Assembly (NCBI GenBank): GCA_016931225.1
Contig: JAFGFE010000040.1
Span: 67,149 to 131,148 of the forward strand
Direction: 5' to 3'
DNA from: Candidatus Zymogenaceae bacterium
Lineage (GTDB): Bacteria > Desulfobacterota > Zymogenia > Zymogenales > Zymogenaceae
Length of the DNA: 64,000 nucleotides
In this document: positions 18,473 through 29,208 of the stretch, in pieces
Numbering within the stretch: position 1 is the first letter of the stretch
Layout: every line of letters starts with the position of its first letter
Notes under the pieces: generated by a model
The model's input: the letters and a program-made list of their open reading frames with translations, nothing else
Databases searched by the model: none
What the model was told of the DNA's origin: nothing
Position numbers and translations under genes: made by a program

Positions 18473-19576
18473 TTACTCGGTCCGGGGTATCGCCCCGTCA
18501 TAGACGCCGTATTTATGGGTGGCTTTCACCATCGCGATATAATTCTCCGCCTTGACGCCCGGATGTATCGTGTTTGAAGAGCTCAGAATGTACCCCCCGC
18601 CGGGACCAGCGGTCTTGATGGCTTGTCGCACCTCTTCCTCCACATCCTGTTCCGAGCCGCTGACCAGGGTATCGATACAGTCGATATTCCCCATCAGGCA
18701 CACCGTATCTCCCAGTTTTTCCTTGGACTCGGCCAGATCCATGCACTGGGGCTGGAAGGGATGAATGCCCTCGAAGCCCGCGTCGATCCAGTCATAGATG
18801 ATCCCCCACACGTTGCCGTCGGAGTGCTTGAAAACCAAAAGATCCTTCGAATGAATGTAATCGATGATCTCCCGATAATAGGGAAGGAGAAACTCTCGGA
18901 ACTGGTCGGGAGACATGAACGTACCGCTGTCGAACGCCAGGTCGCCGTCCAGGGAAAAGACATCGGCGCCCAATTTCGCCGACAGGTCGATTTCCTTGAA
19001 AATGTAATCGGTGGCGATGCGGGCCATGCGATGAACCATCTCCGGGTTCCTTCGATAAAGCACCAGAAGCTTGTTCATTCCCCCCACCAGATTCCAGCTC
19101 AACCGGAACGGACACCTGAGACTCATCACCAGCGCACGCTCTCCCTTGAACCGGGCGTTGCAATAGCTGAGTGCTAAAAGATCCGTCTCCTTCGGCTCCG
19201 GGGTACGATACGAGTCGAGATCCTCCATTTTTTCGATAACGCCCTTGACCACCAGGGCCTCGCCGTTCGGATCGAGCTTGTATGTCACCCCCCACTCATC
19301 GACATATCTGAGATCATCGATAAAGGTGACGTCTGAAAACAGGCGCAGCGTCAGGCCGTCCACGTCCAGCCGCTCGATTACCAGAAGCAAGGCCTCGAAG
19401 AGCCTGATCTTGTCCTCGGGATTCATCCGCTGAAAATAATCGAGGGAGGGGAGGTCATCGGTAAAGTGCCGGGCGATGTTGAGAATCGGTCCCTCATTGT
19501 ACGCCAGCTCAAGATGGGGCACCCGATCCGGGATCTCCCGCTTCAGGGCCGCGATAATTCTGGATAGTCCGTTCAT
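18473..19576 (-). CDS. Uroporphyrinogen decarboxylase-superfamily protein (MtaA/CmuA-like methyltransferase type)
   Basis: PDRVP; DEWGV; MSPDQFREFLLPYY; HSDGN; LMGNID; GGGYILSSSNTI. Start set at MNGLSR, which follows an RBS. Confidence 0.85.
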   Translation of the reverse strand: MNGLSRIIAALKREIPDRVPHLELAYNEGPILNIARHFTDDLPSLDYFQRMNPEDKIRLFEALLLVIERLDVDGLTLRLFSDVTFIDDLRYVDEWGVTYKLDPNGEALVVKGVIEKMEDLDSYRTPEPKETDLLALSYCNARFKGERALVMSLRCPFRLSWNLVGGMNKLLVLYRRNPEMVHRMARIATDYIFKEIDLSAKLGADVFSLDGDLAFDSGTFMSPDQFREFLLPYYREIIDYIHSKDLLVFKHSDGNVWGIIYDWIDAGFEGIHPFQPQCMDLAESKEKLGDTVCLMGNIDCIDTLVSGSEQDVEEEVRQAIKTAGPGGGYILSSSNTIHPGVKAENYIAMVKATHKYGVYDGAIPRTE

Positions 19577-19636
19577 TGTCTTTCTCCAAAGCGACGGCCG
19601 CTCCTGTTCCATGGAGCGGCCCGTCTGATACAGTCG

Positions 19637-21049
19637 CTATTCGGTCGTATCGGGGATGGTCGGTTTTCCAGGCGGTGTCAGCCCCTTTCGGGTCATATTC
19701 CAGCGAGAAACTAAATACGTAATCACCGCGATGAGCACAAACACGCCCAGCATCACTGCAGGTTTATACCCCATGGCTTTCTGCAATGCCAACAATAGTA
19801 ATGTCAAGATCAAGGCGTTGAGAAACACGGCGCTCCCGCTGATGAACGCCACCACCTTCTTGGATATTTTAAAACCGGATTTTTCGTACACTTTATTCAT
19901 CTGAAAGGGAACTACGGCGCCGGCTATACAGACGAACGTGATGGAGATAATCAGGCCAAAGTTTGTTATTACACCGAAGAGAAACACCGGGTTTCCACCC
20001 ATCTCTTTGGCCATCGGGGACGTAAGAATATAAAGCGACAGAGAGCAGACCGCCCAGATAAAGGTCAGGGCCCAGTGGGGGGTGCCGAACCGCTTGCTGA
20101 CCTTTCCCAGAAACGCCGGGAACAGCCCCTCCTCGGCGATGACCATCATGCCCCGACTGATGATGGTAAAGATGCCGTTGATGGTTGTGGCGCATGCCAC
20201 CAGGGCGCCGCCGATGATAAAAAAGAGCACCGCCCATCCGGGCATGAAGTTCTCCGCCACCTTCATCAATGTCCTCTGCTCCTTGAGGGCCTCCCAGTTG
20301 ACCGCCCCGACGGTGACGACATGAATCAACACGTAAATAATCACGACGGTTAGCATGCCGGTTATCAGGGCTCTGCGGTAGGTGGCGGCCGCTCTTTTCA
20401 CCTCGCCGCCCAGGTCGATCACGAAAAGACCCCCGGCGCAGAAGGTGAAGAGGATGCCGATAACCCCCACGAAGCCTATCGCTCCGTTCGGCATCAACGG
20501 CGAGAAATTGGCCGTCTTTACATCATCGATGCCAAAAATCACAAACAGCACCAGTGCCGCCATCATGGTAAGAAAGAGAAAAATCTGGAGCCTCGTGGTG
20601 AACTTGATGCCCAGCAGATTGACGATATAAAATAGGGTAAACACGATAATGCCGATGATGGCGGGATTGATCTGAGCGGTCTCGGGCATCAGCAGGTTGA
20701 AGTATTCCCCGAATGTCAGGGCGAACAGCGGCTCCGCCCCGATGAGCATGCACAACAGCAGGGTGAACATGTGGATGAAGGCCAGGGGCGGACTGAGCAG
20801 CTGGGAATATCGATAGGTGGAGCTGGTCGTGGGCCAGGCGGTGGAGAACATGCTGTAGGGCACCAGGGCCAGTATGGCCGGGACGGAGGCTACTAGCATG
20901 GCGATGGGGAGCGACGGGCCTGCGCTACTTCCGGCCACAACTGTCAGGGAAAAGAGCGCGCCGCCGATATTGATGGCCACAAACGAGGCCACCAATCCCA
21001 GAAAGGTGATCTCCTTTTTTAAAAAGCTTTCCACATTGGTTCGTTCCAT
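19637..21049 (-). CDS. APC superfamily amino acid permease
   Basis: About 12 TMs; NIGGALF, AGPS, LGGEVK and SRGMM...EGLFP...KRFGTP motifs. Confidence 0.9.
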   Translation of the reverse strand: MERTNVESFLKKEITFLGLVASFVAINIGGALFSLTVVAGSSAGPSLPIAMLVASVPAILALVPYSMFSTAWPTTSSTYRYSQLLSPPLAFIHMFTLLLCMLIGAEPLFALTFGEYFNLLMPETAQINPAIIGIIVFTLFYIVNLLGIKFTTRLQIFLFLTMMAALVLFVIFGIDDVKTANFSPLMPNGAIGFVGVIGILFTFCAGGLFVIDLGGEVKRAAATYRRALITGMLTVVIIYVLIHVVTVGAVNWEALKEQRTLMKVAENFMPGWAVLFFIIGGALVACATTINGIFTIISRGMMVIAEEGLFPAFLGKVSKRFGTPHWALTFIWAVCSLSLYILTSPMAKEMGGNPVFLFGVITNFGLIISITFVCIAGAVVPFQMNKVYEKSGFKISKKVVAFISGSAVFLNALILTLLLLALQKAMGYKPAVMLGVFVLIAVITYLVSRWNMTRKGLTPPGKPTIPDTTE

Positions 21050-21422
21050 ACACATTCCTCCTGTCTACTTTGACGTCATCGCATAAAGAACCATGACCAC
21101 CCGCTTCGCATAGGACCGTTTTCGGCCCCTTGCAAAACTACCGGCCGCCCGGTCAATCGTCCTTCCCACACGGTATCTCTCGGTCATTATCCTGGTACAT
21201 ACCCCTCGAGAGGCCGCATGAATCCATGTTTTATTTCGGGAAGAGCCAGCAGAAGAATCAAGGTGCATCCTATCAGAATACGATGAGAAAAAAAACAGTT
21301 TTTTCTCGTCTTTCGGAAAAAGGAGGGGGAACACTGCACGCCCAACATTGATGACACGTATACCGAATCGACTTTCAAAATGATCGAATGACCATATCCG
21401 GCTTATCATCGTTTCAAAGGCC

Positions 21423-21457
21423 AAAAAAAGGCCGATACGGATTTATCCCGTATCGGC
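21423..21457 (-). terminator. Terminator of the aldehyde dehydrogenase gene
   Basis: ggccgatacgg...ccgtatcggcc hairpin plus A7. Confidence 0.85.
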
Positions 21458-21493
21458 CCGTAATGGTAAACGTATTATATTCTATCTCGTCTC

Positions 21494-23104
21494 TCAGTCC
21501 GTTCTCGTGAACGTCCGGAGAAACAACCTGTTGAGCTTCATCATTCCCACCAGCCGCTTAAGGATATTCTTCGAGTACAGCATATGCATCATGCCCAGGA
21601 TACCGTCGTACACTTTCTTCCCCTGGGGGAACCACCACATGTTCCGCTTCGCCCCGACCAGATAATCATTCACAAGACATACCGGTTGGGTCATTTCGGC
21701 GAATCCCAGCTCACCATGAGTCCGACCGATTCCGGACTCCTTAAAACCGCCCCAGGGTGTTTCCGGCAGTCCATTGCTCATCATATGATCGTTGACCATA
21801 ATGACGCCCGCCTGAATTCGACGCGCATACTCTATGGCCCTCTTTCTGCTTTTTGACCACACCGACGCCGTTAATCCGAGATAGGAATCGTTCGCCAGCT
21901 CGATAGCCTCTTCCATGTCGTCGACCTTCATTACCGCAAGGACCGGCCCGAAGGTCTCATCGCGCATCACCATCATGTCGTGATTCACGTTGGTGAGAAC
22001 CACCGCGGAAAGGAAATTCCCGGAACTGTTCTCGGGACGATTCGACCGCGCCTGGATACTCGCCCCCTTTTCGACCGCGTCCTGAATGTGTCTTTCCACC
22101 ACCTCCATCTGATCCTTCGTCGTTATCGAACAGATATCCGTGGAGAAATCCTCATCCGGCCCCACCCTGAGGGAAGTCACCATCTCGGAGAGGGTTTCGA
22201 CAAACGGCTCATAGACGTCCTTGTGGACGTATATGCGTTCCACGCTCGCGCACGTCTGACCGCAGTTGGTCAGCCCGGCCCACACGGCTCCGGCGGCGGC
22301 ACGATAGATATCGGCATCGGGGCATACCAGCATCGGGTCATTTCCGCCGAGCTCAAGGGATACCGGAGTCAGTGTCTCGGCGGCCTTTGCCATGAGATGC
22401 TTCCCGACACCGACGCTCCCGGTAAAAAAGAGCTTGTCGACCCCGGCCTCAAAAAACGCGTCTCCCGCCACGCGACCGGGCAGATTGACATAGTGAAACA
22501 GGCCGTCCGGCAGCCCGCCGGCCTTCACGCATAATTCAATCGCCTTGCCGGTGGCCAGGGTTTCACTGGCGACTTTGACAATTACGGCATTCCCCGCCAT
22601 CAGCGCCATGGCGATTTCAACCATGGGGATGGTAAAGGGATAATTCCAGGGCGAGATGATGCCGATTACGCCATAGGGAACCCGGATTATCTTACTTTTC
22701 TTGTACGCGAGCAGGATGTTCGACGCTTTCAGCTTGTAATCCTTGAGCAGCCGTTTGGCGTTTTTCGCCAGATAATCGATATGGGCCACGGTGCCGAACA
22801 CCTCGGCGACCATCGCCTCGGTTCTGGTCTTTCCGTTGTCCATGTATATGATCTGGGCAAGCCCCTCTGCGTTATCGATGACGTAGTCCCTGATTTTGAA
22901 CAGCGCCCGGGCCCGCTCCTTGACCGAAAGCTCGGCCCATCCCTTTTGCGCCTCCCGGGCCTTCATAACCGCCTTCTTCACATCTTCGGGAGTATGAAGT
23001 GCGTACCTGCCGATATCCTCCCCCGTTGTCGGGCTTTTTGACAGGGCGAAATCTCCGCCCGGACGACTCACTTCATCACTCTGCATGAAGACATTCGTAC
23101 TCAT
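21494..23104 (-). CDS. NAD(P)-dependent aldehyde dehydrogenase
   Basis: ISPWNYP, FFTGS, LELGGNDP, GQTCAS, ETFGP and PWGGFKESG motifs. Confidence 0.95.
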   Translation of the reverse strand: MSTNVFMQSDEVSRPGGDFALSKSPTTGEDIGRYALHTPEDVKKAVMKAREAQKGWAELSVKERARALFKIRDYVIDNAEGLAQIIYMDNGKTRTEAMVAEVFGTVAHIDYLAKNAKRLLKDYKLKASNILLAYKKSKIIRVPYGVIGIISPWNYPFTIPMVEIAMALMAGNAVIVKVASETLATGKAIELCVKAGGLPDGLFHYVNLPGRVAGDAFFEAGVDKLFFTGSVGVGKHLMAKAAETLTPVSLELGGNDPMLVCPDADIYRAAAGAVWAGLTNCGQTCASVERIYVHKDVYEPFVETLSEMVTSLRVGPDEDFSTDICSITTKDQMEVVERHIQDAVEKGASIQARSNRPENSSGNFLSAVVLTNVNHDMMVMRDETFGPVLAVMKVDDMEEAIELANDSYLGLTASVWSKSRKRAIEYARRIQAGVIMVNDHMMSNGLPETPWGGFKESGIGRTHGELGFAEMTQPVCLVNDYLVGAKRNMWWFPQGKKVYDGILGMMHMLYSKNILKRLVGMMKLNRLFLRTFTRTD

Positions 23105-23881
23105 GGTATCCTCCATATTTTATAAAAAATAATGTCAAGCTATATACAATAAGTATATTGTTGTTTTAATAAATGTACTAAATATTGCAGCATGAATAAT
23201 TTCAGCGTATAGGTGCCTCTTTTCGAAACAGGGATCCCCCGCCGGAAAAGTCTTTGACTGTCGACTGAGACGGCGGTCAAACACGCCCGATGTTGGAGCA
23301 CGTTCCCGGATAGATGATGTGATCGGAAAGGAAAGATTCAGGAGGGCACAAGGATATGCATAGATACATCAATGAAAAGTCATTGACTATCCCCTCGTCT
23401 CGACAATCCTCCTTTCCAAACACGGGAGGCATAACCGTTTCCAGTTATACCCTATCGGCCAGCCACCATGGACCTTGAATACATCAAATCGACAGGTGGT
23501 GAGGCTCGGAGAATCCTATGTTACGTGTTATGATAGCAGGATGCAACAACGTCTGTCAATGAATTTTTTCCGTTGACGGCGGTATCGCGACATAACGCTC
23601 GATATAATGAAATCCCGCTTTTTGGTGTTTACTCATCCATATAGACCGTAACAAAAAGACTGTGCTTTCTTATTGACTATCATTTGACGCACCGCTACCC
23701 GCCGACATGGACAAGACGTCAGGGAGGTTTTTTCGGAATACCAACGCTTTCGGCCCCTGAAAATCCTTGACGGAATACGGCCCGGATTCTACAATGTTTT
23801 CGGGCACGATGATCATACATTTGCATCATCACACCCTCTCACCCCATGTGATTGTCTCTGTTATAAAATTCGAGGACCATC

Positions 23882-25084
23882 ATGAAATCCATCTACTTCG
23901 ACGTCAATGTTCCGAAAATCCTTTTGACCAAATCACTTACCGGCATCTTCCCGTTTATCTACTATTCCCCTCTGTCGCCGGTGTCCTTCGGTGACATCCC
24001 CCGGCGGGACCTGCCGGGACCCAGGTGGGTGCGGGTCAAAAGCAGACACACCGGCATCTGCGGGGCGGATATCTCCATGTTCTTCGTGGCGGCAAGCCCC
24101 AGCATATCCCTGGCCGCCCTCCCCGGCGTTCCCCGGGCCTTCATGGGACACGAGGTGGTGGGAGAAATCATCGAGATGGGGCCGGGAGTCTCGTCCCTCT
24201 CCGTCGGAGACCGGATTGTCCTCCAGCGCTATCTCCCCTGCTGCTCCATGAAGGAAATCGAGCCGCCGTGTGTCCACTGCGCCGCGGGTAATTACACCCT
24301 GTGCGAGAACTTCTCCGAGGGGAGCCTTCCCGAAAACCTGGGCGCCGGCTTCACCGAACAGTTTATCGCCCACGAAAGCCAGCTTGTGAAAGTGCCCGAC
24401 GCCCTGACCGACGACCAGGCGGTTCTCATCGAGCCCGTCGCCGTGTCCCTGCATGCGGCGCTCGCACGTCCGCCGAAGGCACAAGAAAAGGTACTGGTCA
24501 TCGGCGCGGGCACCATCGGCCTCAACGTCAGCCAGGCGGCCAGAGCCCTCGAGCCGGACGCCATCATCTACCTGCTGGAAAGAATCGATTTCAAGCGGGA
24601 ACTGGGGAAAAAGCTGGGGGCGGACCACATACTCACCGGCGATCCCTATGACGCCGCGGCGGACGTTACCGGTGCCAAGCTCTACCGGGGGCCCCTGGGA
24701 AACAATGTCATCATGGGCGGATTCGATCTGATATACGACTGCGTCGGCTACTCAAAAACCATCCACGACTCCCTCCGGTGGCTCAAGGCCGGGGGCGATT
24801 ACGTGATGATCGGAAACCAGCTCAGCCCCGTCGCCTTTGATCAAACCCCCATCTGGCAACAGGAACTCACGCTCAGGGGGATCAACGCCCACGGCATGGA
24901 GCACATTGGAGGGAGAACCGTAAGCTCGTTCGACCTGGCGATGGAATATATCACCGATGGATCCATCAACCTCGACGGCTTCATCACGCATCGATTCCCG
25001 CTGTCCGATTACCGAAAGGCCTTCAAACTCGTGAAATCTAAATCCGAACGCGTCATCAAGGCGGTTTTGGACATATCACCATAA
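23882..25084 (+). CDS. Zinc-binding (MDR) dehydrogenase
   Basis: GICGAD, GHEVVG, structural Zn cysteines, GAGTIG. Confidence 0.9.
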   Translation: MKSIYFDVNVPKILLTKSLTGIFPFIYYSPLSPVSFGDIPRRDLPGPRWVRVKSRHTGICGADISMFFVAASPSISLAALPGVPRAFMGHEVVGEIIEMGPGVSSLSVGDRIVLQRYLPCCSMKEIEPPCVHCAAGNYTLCENFSEGSLPENLGAGFTEQFIAHESQLVKVPDALTDDQAVLIEPVAVSLHAALARPPKAQEKVLVIGAGTIGLNVSQAARALEPDAIIYLLERIDFKRELGKKLGADHILTGDPYDAAADVTGAKLYRGPLGNNVIMGGFDLIYDCVGYSKTIHDSLRWLKAGGDYVMIGNQLSPVAFDQTPIWQQELTLRGINAHGMEHIGGRTVSSFDLAMEYITDGSINLDGFITHRFPLSDYRKAFKLVKSKSERVIKAVLDISP

Positions 25085-25096
25085 CGGAGGAATGAT

Positions 25097-26107
25097 ATGA
25101 AAGCGTTGATGCTTGATGGTATACGAAAAGCCTCGCTCTCCGACGTTCCGGTGGCCGACGTGGGTCCCCGGGATGTCAGGATTAAAGTGAAAAGCTGCGG
25201 AATGTGCGGCACCGATCATTCTGTCTATGCCGGAAACCTCGTCCTCCCCGGAGAATTTCCTTTCTATACGGGCCACGAGCTATCCGGCACCGTGGAGGAG
25301 GTCGGCCCCAAGGTGGATGATATACATGTGGGGGATGTGGTTACCACAAATCCGGTGAGGTACTGCGGAGACTGCTTCCGCTGTCGTACCGGCCAACAGC
25401 ACTACTGCGAGCGGCTTGCCGAGTTGTGGAAGCCCAACGGGGGCATGTCCGAGTATGTGGTGGCGGATCGCCAGCAGGTTTTCGTCCTGCCCGAGGGTAT
25501 CGGTTTCGACGCGGCGGCATTCGCCGAACCGGTGAGCGTATGCCTCCACTGTATCGACATGGCAGAGATCAAGCCGGGCATGAGCGTTGCCATAACCGGC
25601 GCGGGGCCCATCGGCCTGATTCTCCTGCAGCTTGCCATCCGGGCCGGGGCCGCCTTTGTGCTCATATCCGAGCCGGATAAGAAAAAACGGGCCATCGCCG
25701 AGAAGCTGGGGGCGGACGTGACGGTTGATCCTACAAAAGAGGATCTGGTGGCCAGGGCGTTTGAGGAGACAAACAATCGGGCATTCGATGTGGTGATAGA
25801 GGCGTCGGGCAATGCCGAAGCCGCGGTCCAGGCTGTGGCGATTACCGGCATGAAATCGACCCTCTTCTGGTTTTCGGTCTATCCCATGGATCTTCTCATT
25901 CCGGTCAGCCCCTTTATCATGTACACCAAGGAGCTGACCATCAAAGGTGTCTTCTTTTCACCCTATACCTTCCCCCGGACCATCAACCTCTTGCCGAAGC
26001 TGGAGCTGGAATCGCTGATCTCGCACCATATACCCCTAGACGAATCCCCGGGTATATTCGACCTGTACGAGTCCGGTGAAGCGATTAAGATCATGGTGCA
26101 TCCGTAA
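25097..26107 (+). CDS. Zinc-dependent alcohol/sugar-alcohol dehydrogenase
   Basis: CGMCGTD, GHELSG, CGDCFRC...C, GAGPIG. Confidence 0.92.
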   Translation: MKALMLDGIRKASLSDVPVADVGPRDVRIKVKSCGMCGTDHSVYAGNLVLPGEFPFYTGHELSGTVEEVGPKVDDIHVGDVVTTNPVRYCGDCFRCRTGQQHYCERLAELWKPNGGMSEYVVADRQQVFVLPEGIGFDAAAFAEPVSVCLHCIDMAEIKPGMSVAITGAGPIGLILLQLAIRAGAAFVLISEPDKKKRAIAEKLGADVTVDPTKEDLVARAFEETNNRAFDVVIEASGNAEAAVQAVAITGMKSTLFWFSVYPMDLLIPVSPFIMYTKELTIKGVFFSPYTFPRTINLLPKLELESLISHHIPLDESPGIFDLYESGEAIKIMVHP

Positions 26108-26239
26108 CCGAAAGAGAAAACATCTTCGATGATGGTCGGATTTCTGTGATCTGAATTCAACAACGCCCTGGATGATATCCATCCGGGGCGTCCTTTCAAT
26201 AAAAAACCGGGTATATCAGGTGCACGGCCGATGTACAGA

Positions 26240-26860
26240 TTAGGACATCCTGGGGTGTACCCGGATGACGCATGATTCATCGCCCATGCCGGCGCATTTG
26301 GTCTGGACCGCCTCGTAATCGTCGCTCCGGGTCGCCCATCGCACCAGGGCGTAGACAAATCCCCGCGCCATATGACAGATGGGTTGATCAACGCTCATGC
26401 CGAAGCAGTGATTACATACCGTATCTTCGTAAAAAAACGCGTCGCCGTCCTCACTCACGATAATCTCCGTCCCGATCTGCTCGGACACCCCCGCCGCCGC
26501 GGTGGCGAGGACGATTCGGATGCACTCGGTATTCTCCATTCCCTCAAACGCCTTGAGGGTGGCCTCCGCCAGCTCACTGTTCTCCTCAATGCCGGCCAGG
26601 GCCTGGGCGATGCCCACGTTGAAAAGGATGGCCCGGGCTCCCCTCTCGCCGTAGATGTCACGTATGGCGTTCTCATACTTCGCACAGTCGCTGATCTTTA
26701 CCTCACTGATATCCAAATTGTTCGGCGGCAGGTCATCAGCGCGCACCGGTATGCCGGCACGGTTGAGAATGGTCTTCAGGCCGTTTTCTCCCACGATCTC
26801 TCGAACTCCCAGAAGCATCGTGCGTATGGCAGTATTCGTCATAAATCTGTCCGTGGTCAT
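26240..26860 (-). CDS. V4R (4-vinyl reductase) domain protein
   Basis: GENGLKTILNRAG; YGERGARAILFNVG; CNHC...PICH; TKCAGMGDESC. Confidence 0.85.
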   Translation of the reverse strand: MTTDRFMTNTAIRTMLLGVREIVGENGLKTILNRAGIPVRADDLPPNNLDISEVKISDCAKYENAIRDIYGERGARAILFNVGIAQALAGIEENSELAEATLKAFEGMENTECIRIVLATAAAGVSEQIGTEIIVSEDGDAFFYEDTVCNHCFGMSVDQPICHMARGFVYALVRWATRSDDYEAVQTKCAGMGDESCVIRVHPRMS

Positions 26861-26977
26861 GGATCCTCCATCATTCATGGAACACAGCGATACTCGCAAT
26901 ATGTAAATATCATCTCATACAATTATTATTCTGTCCAACCGAATATCACACAAATATCGAGCGGGACGTGGGAATAA

Positions 26978-27012
26978 TAAAAAACCGGGGGCGGGCGCAT
27001 GCCCTCCCCCGG
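26978..27012 (-). terminator. Terminator of the sulfatase gene
   Basis: ccgggggcgggc...gccctcccccgg hairpin plus A tract. Confidence 0.75.
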
Positions 27013-27041
27013 TCACGAAAGTGTCCGAAATATTTCGTCCG

Positions 27042-28445
27042 TCAGACCAGATCGTACTGCTTCAGGAAACCGTTGAGCCGCGCCTCCAGGAAGGGGAGCA
27101 GTGACTCCCCTTCGGGCGTGCCGTAGAGATTGTTCATCTCCTTCGGGTCACCGACCAGATCGAATATCTCCGACTTCTTCCTGCCGTCGTATACGATATA
27201 TTTGTGGGTATCGGTCCTGACGGCGTAGTGCGGCGGATATCGATAGGGATAGTCCTTGTAGTATTCATAGAGCCAGGCCTCCCTGCCCAGACTGTAGGGA
27301 TTGGTGAAATAGGGCCTGAAGCTTTTCCCCTCCATGTAACTGGGCACGTCGATTCCCGCCAGATCCAGAATCGTCGGCGCAAGGTCCACGTTCAGGACCA
27401 TGCTCGAGACGTTTCGTCCGACGTCCGTCATTCCCCGGGGGTAACGGACGATAAACGGAATCCGCATCGATTCCTCATAGGCCCACCGCTTGTCGATCTG
27501 GTTGTGCTCGCCCCAGAAATAGCCGTTGTCCCCGGCGTAGACCACCACCGTGTCATCGGCGACGCCCATCTCGTCCAGGGTATCGAGCACCCTGCCGATC
27601 TGTTGGTCCAGAGCATAGATGGTCTCGCAGTAGTTTTTGTAGTGCATGTCCACCGAGCCGAACACGCCGAACAGGTGATTCTGGGCCTTGAACAGCACCA
27701 GGGGATTCATCTCATCCGGATAGTTCACCTCCACATCGTGATAGTGATCGGCGAGTTCCGGGGGCGGCAGGAACTGGTGGTGCACCGCCTTGTGGGCGAG
27801 CATCAGGCAGAAGGGATTCTCCCGACCCTTCTTCAGGTATTCGATCGCCCGGTCCGTCAGCTCCTCGGTGATATAGGGTTTTTTCGACGGCTCCTCCACA
27901 CCATTGACGATGAGGGGACAGTTGAAGTATTTCCCCTGTCCGCCCTGGACGGTGAAGGTGGTAAATTCATCCACTCCCCGGAGGTCCGGCAGATCGCCGG
28001 GCATGTGCCATTTGCCGATAAAGGCGGTGTCGTAACCGACTTTTTTCAACAGCTCCATGAAGGTGATGTTGTCGTTGCTCCAGGGGGTGATGTTGTTCTT
28101 GACCCCGTGGGTGTGGGCGTAGGTGCCGGTAATGAAGCTGGCCCGGGAGGGGCTGCAGAGCGACGTCGTCACGAAGGCGTTTTCGAACAGGATCCCCTCG
28201 GCGGCGAGACGGTCCAGGTTCGGCGTCTCGATGAATGGATGGCCCAGGATGCTCAGGTGATCCCAGCGATGATCGTCGCTGAGGATGAATATAATGTTCG
28301 GCCGTTTCCCGCTTGGTTGTGCCTTTAGGAGGTCGGGCATGCCGGCCCCCATCAATCCCGCCGCCGAAGCCGCTCCCATTACCTTGAGGGCCTGGCGCCG
28401 GGTCATCGGCCTTTTAAAGAATGAAGACTCTTTATCCCGTGTCAT
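27042..28445 (-). CDS. Tat-exported sulfatase (Cys-type; N-acetylglucosamine-6-sulfatase-like)
   Basis: TRRQALK Tat signal; PNIIFILSDDHR; CSPSRASFITG; GKWH; DNGY..GEH..DKR. Confidence 0.92.
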   Translation of the reverse strand: MTRDKESSFFKRPMTRRQALKVMGAASAAGLMGAGMPDLLKAQPSGKRPNIIFILSDDHRWDHLSILGHPFIETPNLDRLAAEGILFENAFVTTSLCSPSRASFITGTYAHTHGVKNNITPWSNDNITFMELLKKVGYDTAFIGKWHMPGDLPDLRGVDEFTTFTVQGGQGKYFNCPLIVNGVEEPSKKPYITEELTDRAIEYLKKGRENPFCLMLAHKAVHHQFLPPPELADHYHDVEVNYPDEMNPLVLFKAQNHLFGVFGSVDMHYKNYCETIYALDQQIGRVLDTLDEMGVADDTVVVYAGDNGYFWGEHNQIDKRWAYEESMRIPFIVRYPRGMTDVGRNVSSMVLNVDLAPTILDLAGIDVPSYMEGKSFRPYFTNPYSLGREAWLYEYYKDYPYRYPPHYAVRTDTHKYIVYDGRKKSEIFDLVGDPKEMNNLYGTPEGESLLPFLEARLNGFLKQYDLV

Positions 28446-28479
28446 GATATGTACCTCATAAATCGTATGAACGACTCCC

Positions 28480-29040
28480 TTACACCCCGACTCCAAAGCC
28501 GAAAATCGCCTTGTACCCCTCCTGGAAGGCGTAGAACGAATAGACGCCGATGCCCCAGAAGAGGAAGGAAAGAATCCCCAGCGCCACCACAACGGCCACG
28601 ACCGCCGGCACCGCCGACCCGCGGACATTCTTCTCGATCCTCCTTCGACCGAACAGCTCCGCGATACCCATTTCCAGGAGCGCCAGCGACAGGATGAACA
28701 CGTTCACCGGATTCAGGGTGTAATAGAGGGCCTCGAAGAAGGCGTACACCCCGGTGACGACGATGAATTCCTTGATGATCCAGGCGACGGGAACGAAGAG
28801 GGATCCGAGAATTCGCTCCGCGGCGCCCACCCCCCGTCGATAGGCGATGGGGTATATAATGGCTGCGCTGAAAACCACGCATATCATATGCACCACGCCG
28901 CACACCACCGCTATGATGTGAAACAGGCCCCCGCTGGATATCCGGGCGGCGCCGTTGAATCCGATAAAGGCAACGGCCGCAATCAGAAACAACACCGCCA
29001 CCGGACGCACAATACGCTTCGAACACGGTTGAGTTTCCAT
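28480..29040 (-). CDS. Hypothetical membrane protein
   Basis: 186 aa with about 5 hydrophobic segments and a GGAGG RBS. Confidence 0.7.
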   Translation of the reverse strand: METQPCSKRIVRPVAVLFLIAAVAFIGFNGAARISSGGLFHIIAVVCGVVHMICVVFSAAIIYPIAYRRGVGAAERILGSLFVPVAWIIKEFIVVTGVYAFFEALYYTLNPVNVFILSLALLEMGIAELFGRRRIEKNVRGSAVPAVVAVVVALGILSFLFWGIGVYSFYAFQEGYKAIFGFGVGV

Positions 29041-29142
29041 GTATACCCTCCTGATACTATAAACATAGTATATATTTATTATATATGCCGTCGATTGTAG
29101 CAGGTTGCCGGACCTTTGACAAGAAGTGAGTTTCTCCCCGGG

Positions 29143-29180
29143 AAAAAAGAACGGCCGAAGAGTCCCCTCTCCGGCCGTTC
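29143..29180 (-). terminator. Terminator of the MFS gene
   Basis: gaacggccg...cggccgttc plus A6. Confidence 0.7.
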
Positions 29181-29208
29181 GTTCAGGTCAGCATTTTCTT
29201 CACGCGCG

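Noticed and set aside
21065-21424. 119-aa ORF and a possible sigma-54 site upstream of the permease
   Set aside because: No recognisable protein features; the GG-GC spacing is 11 rather than 10.
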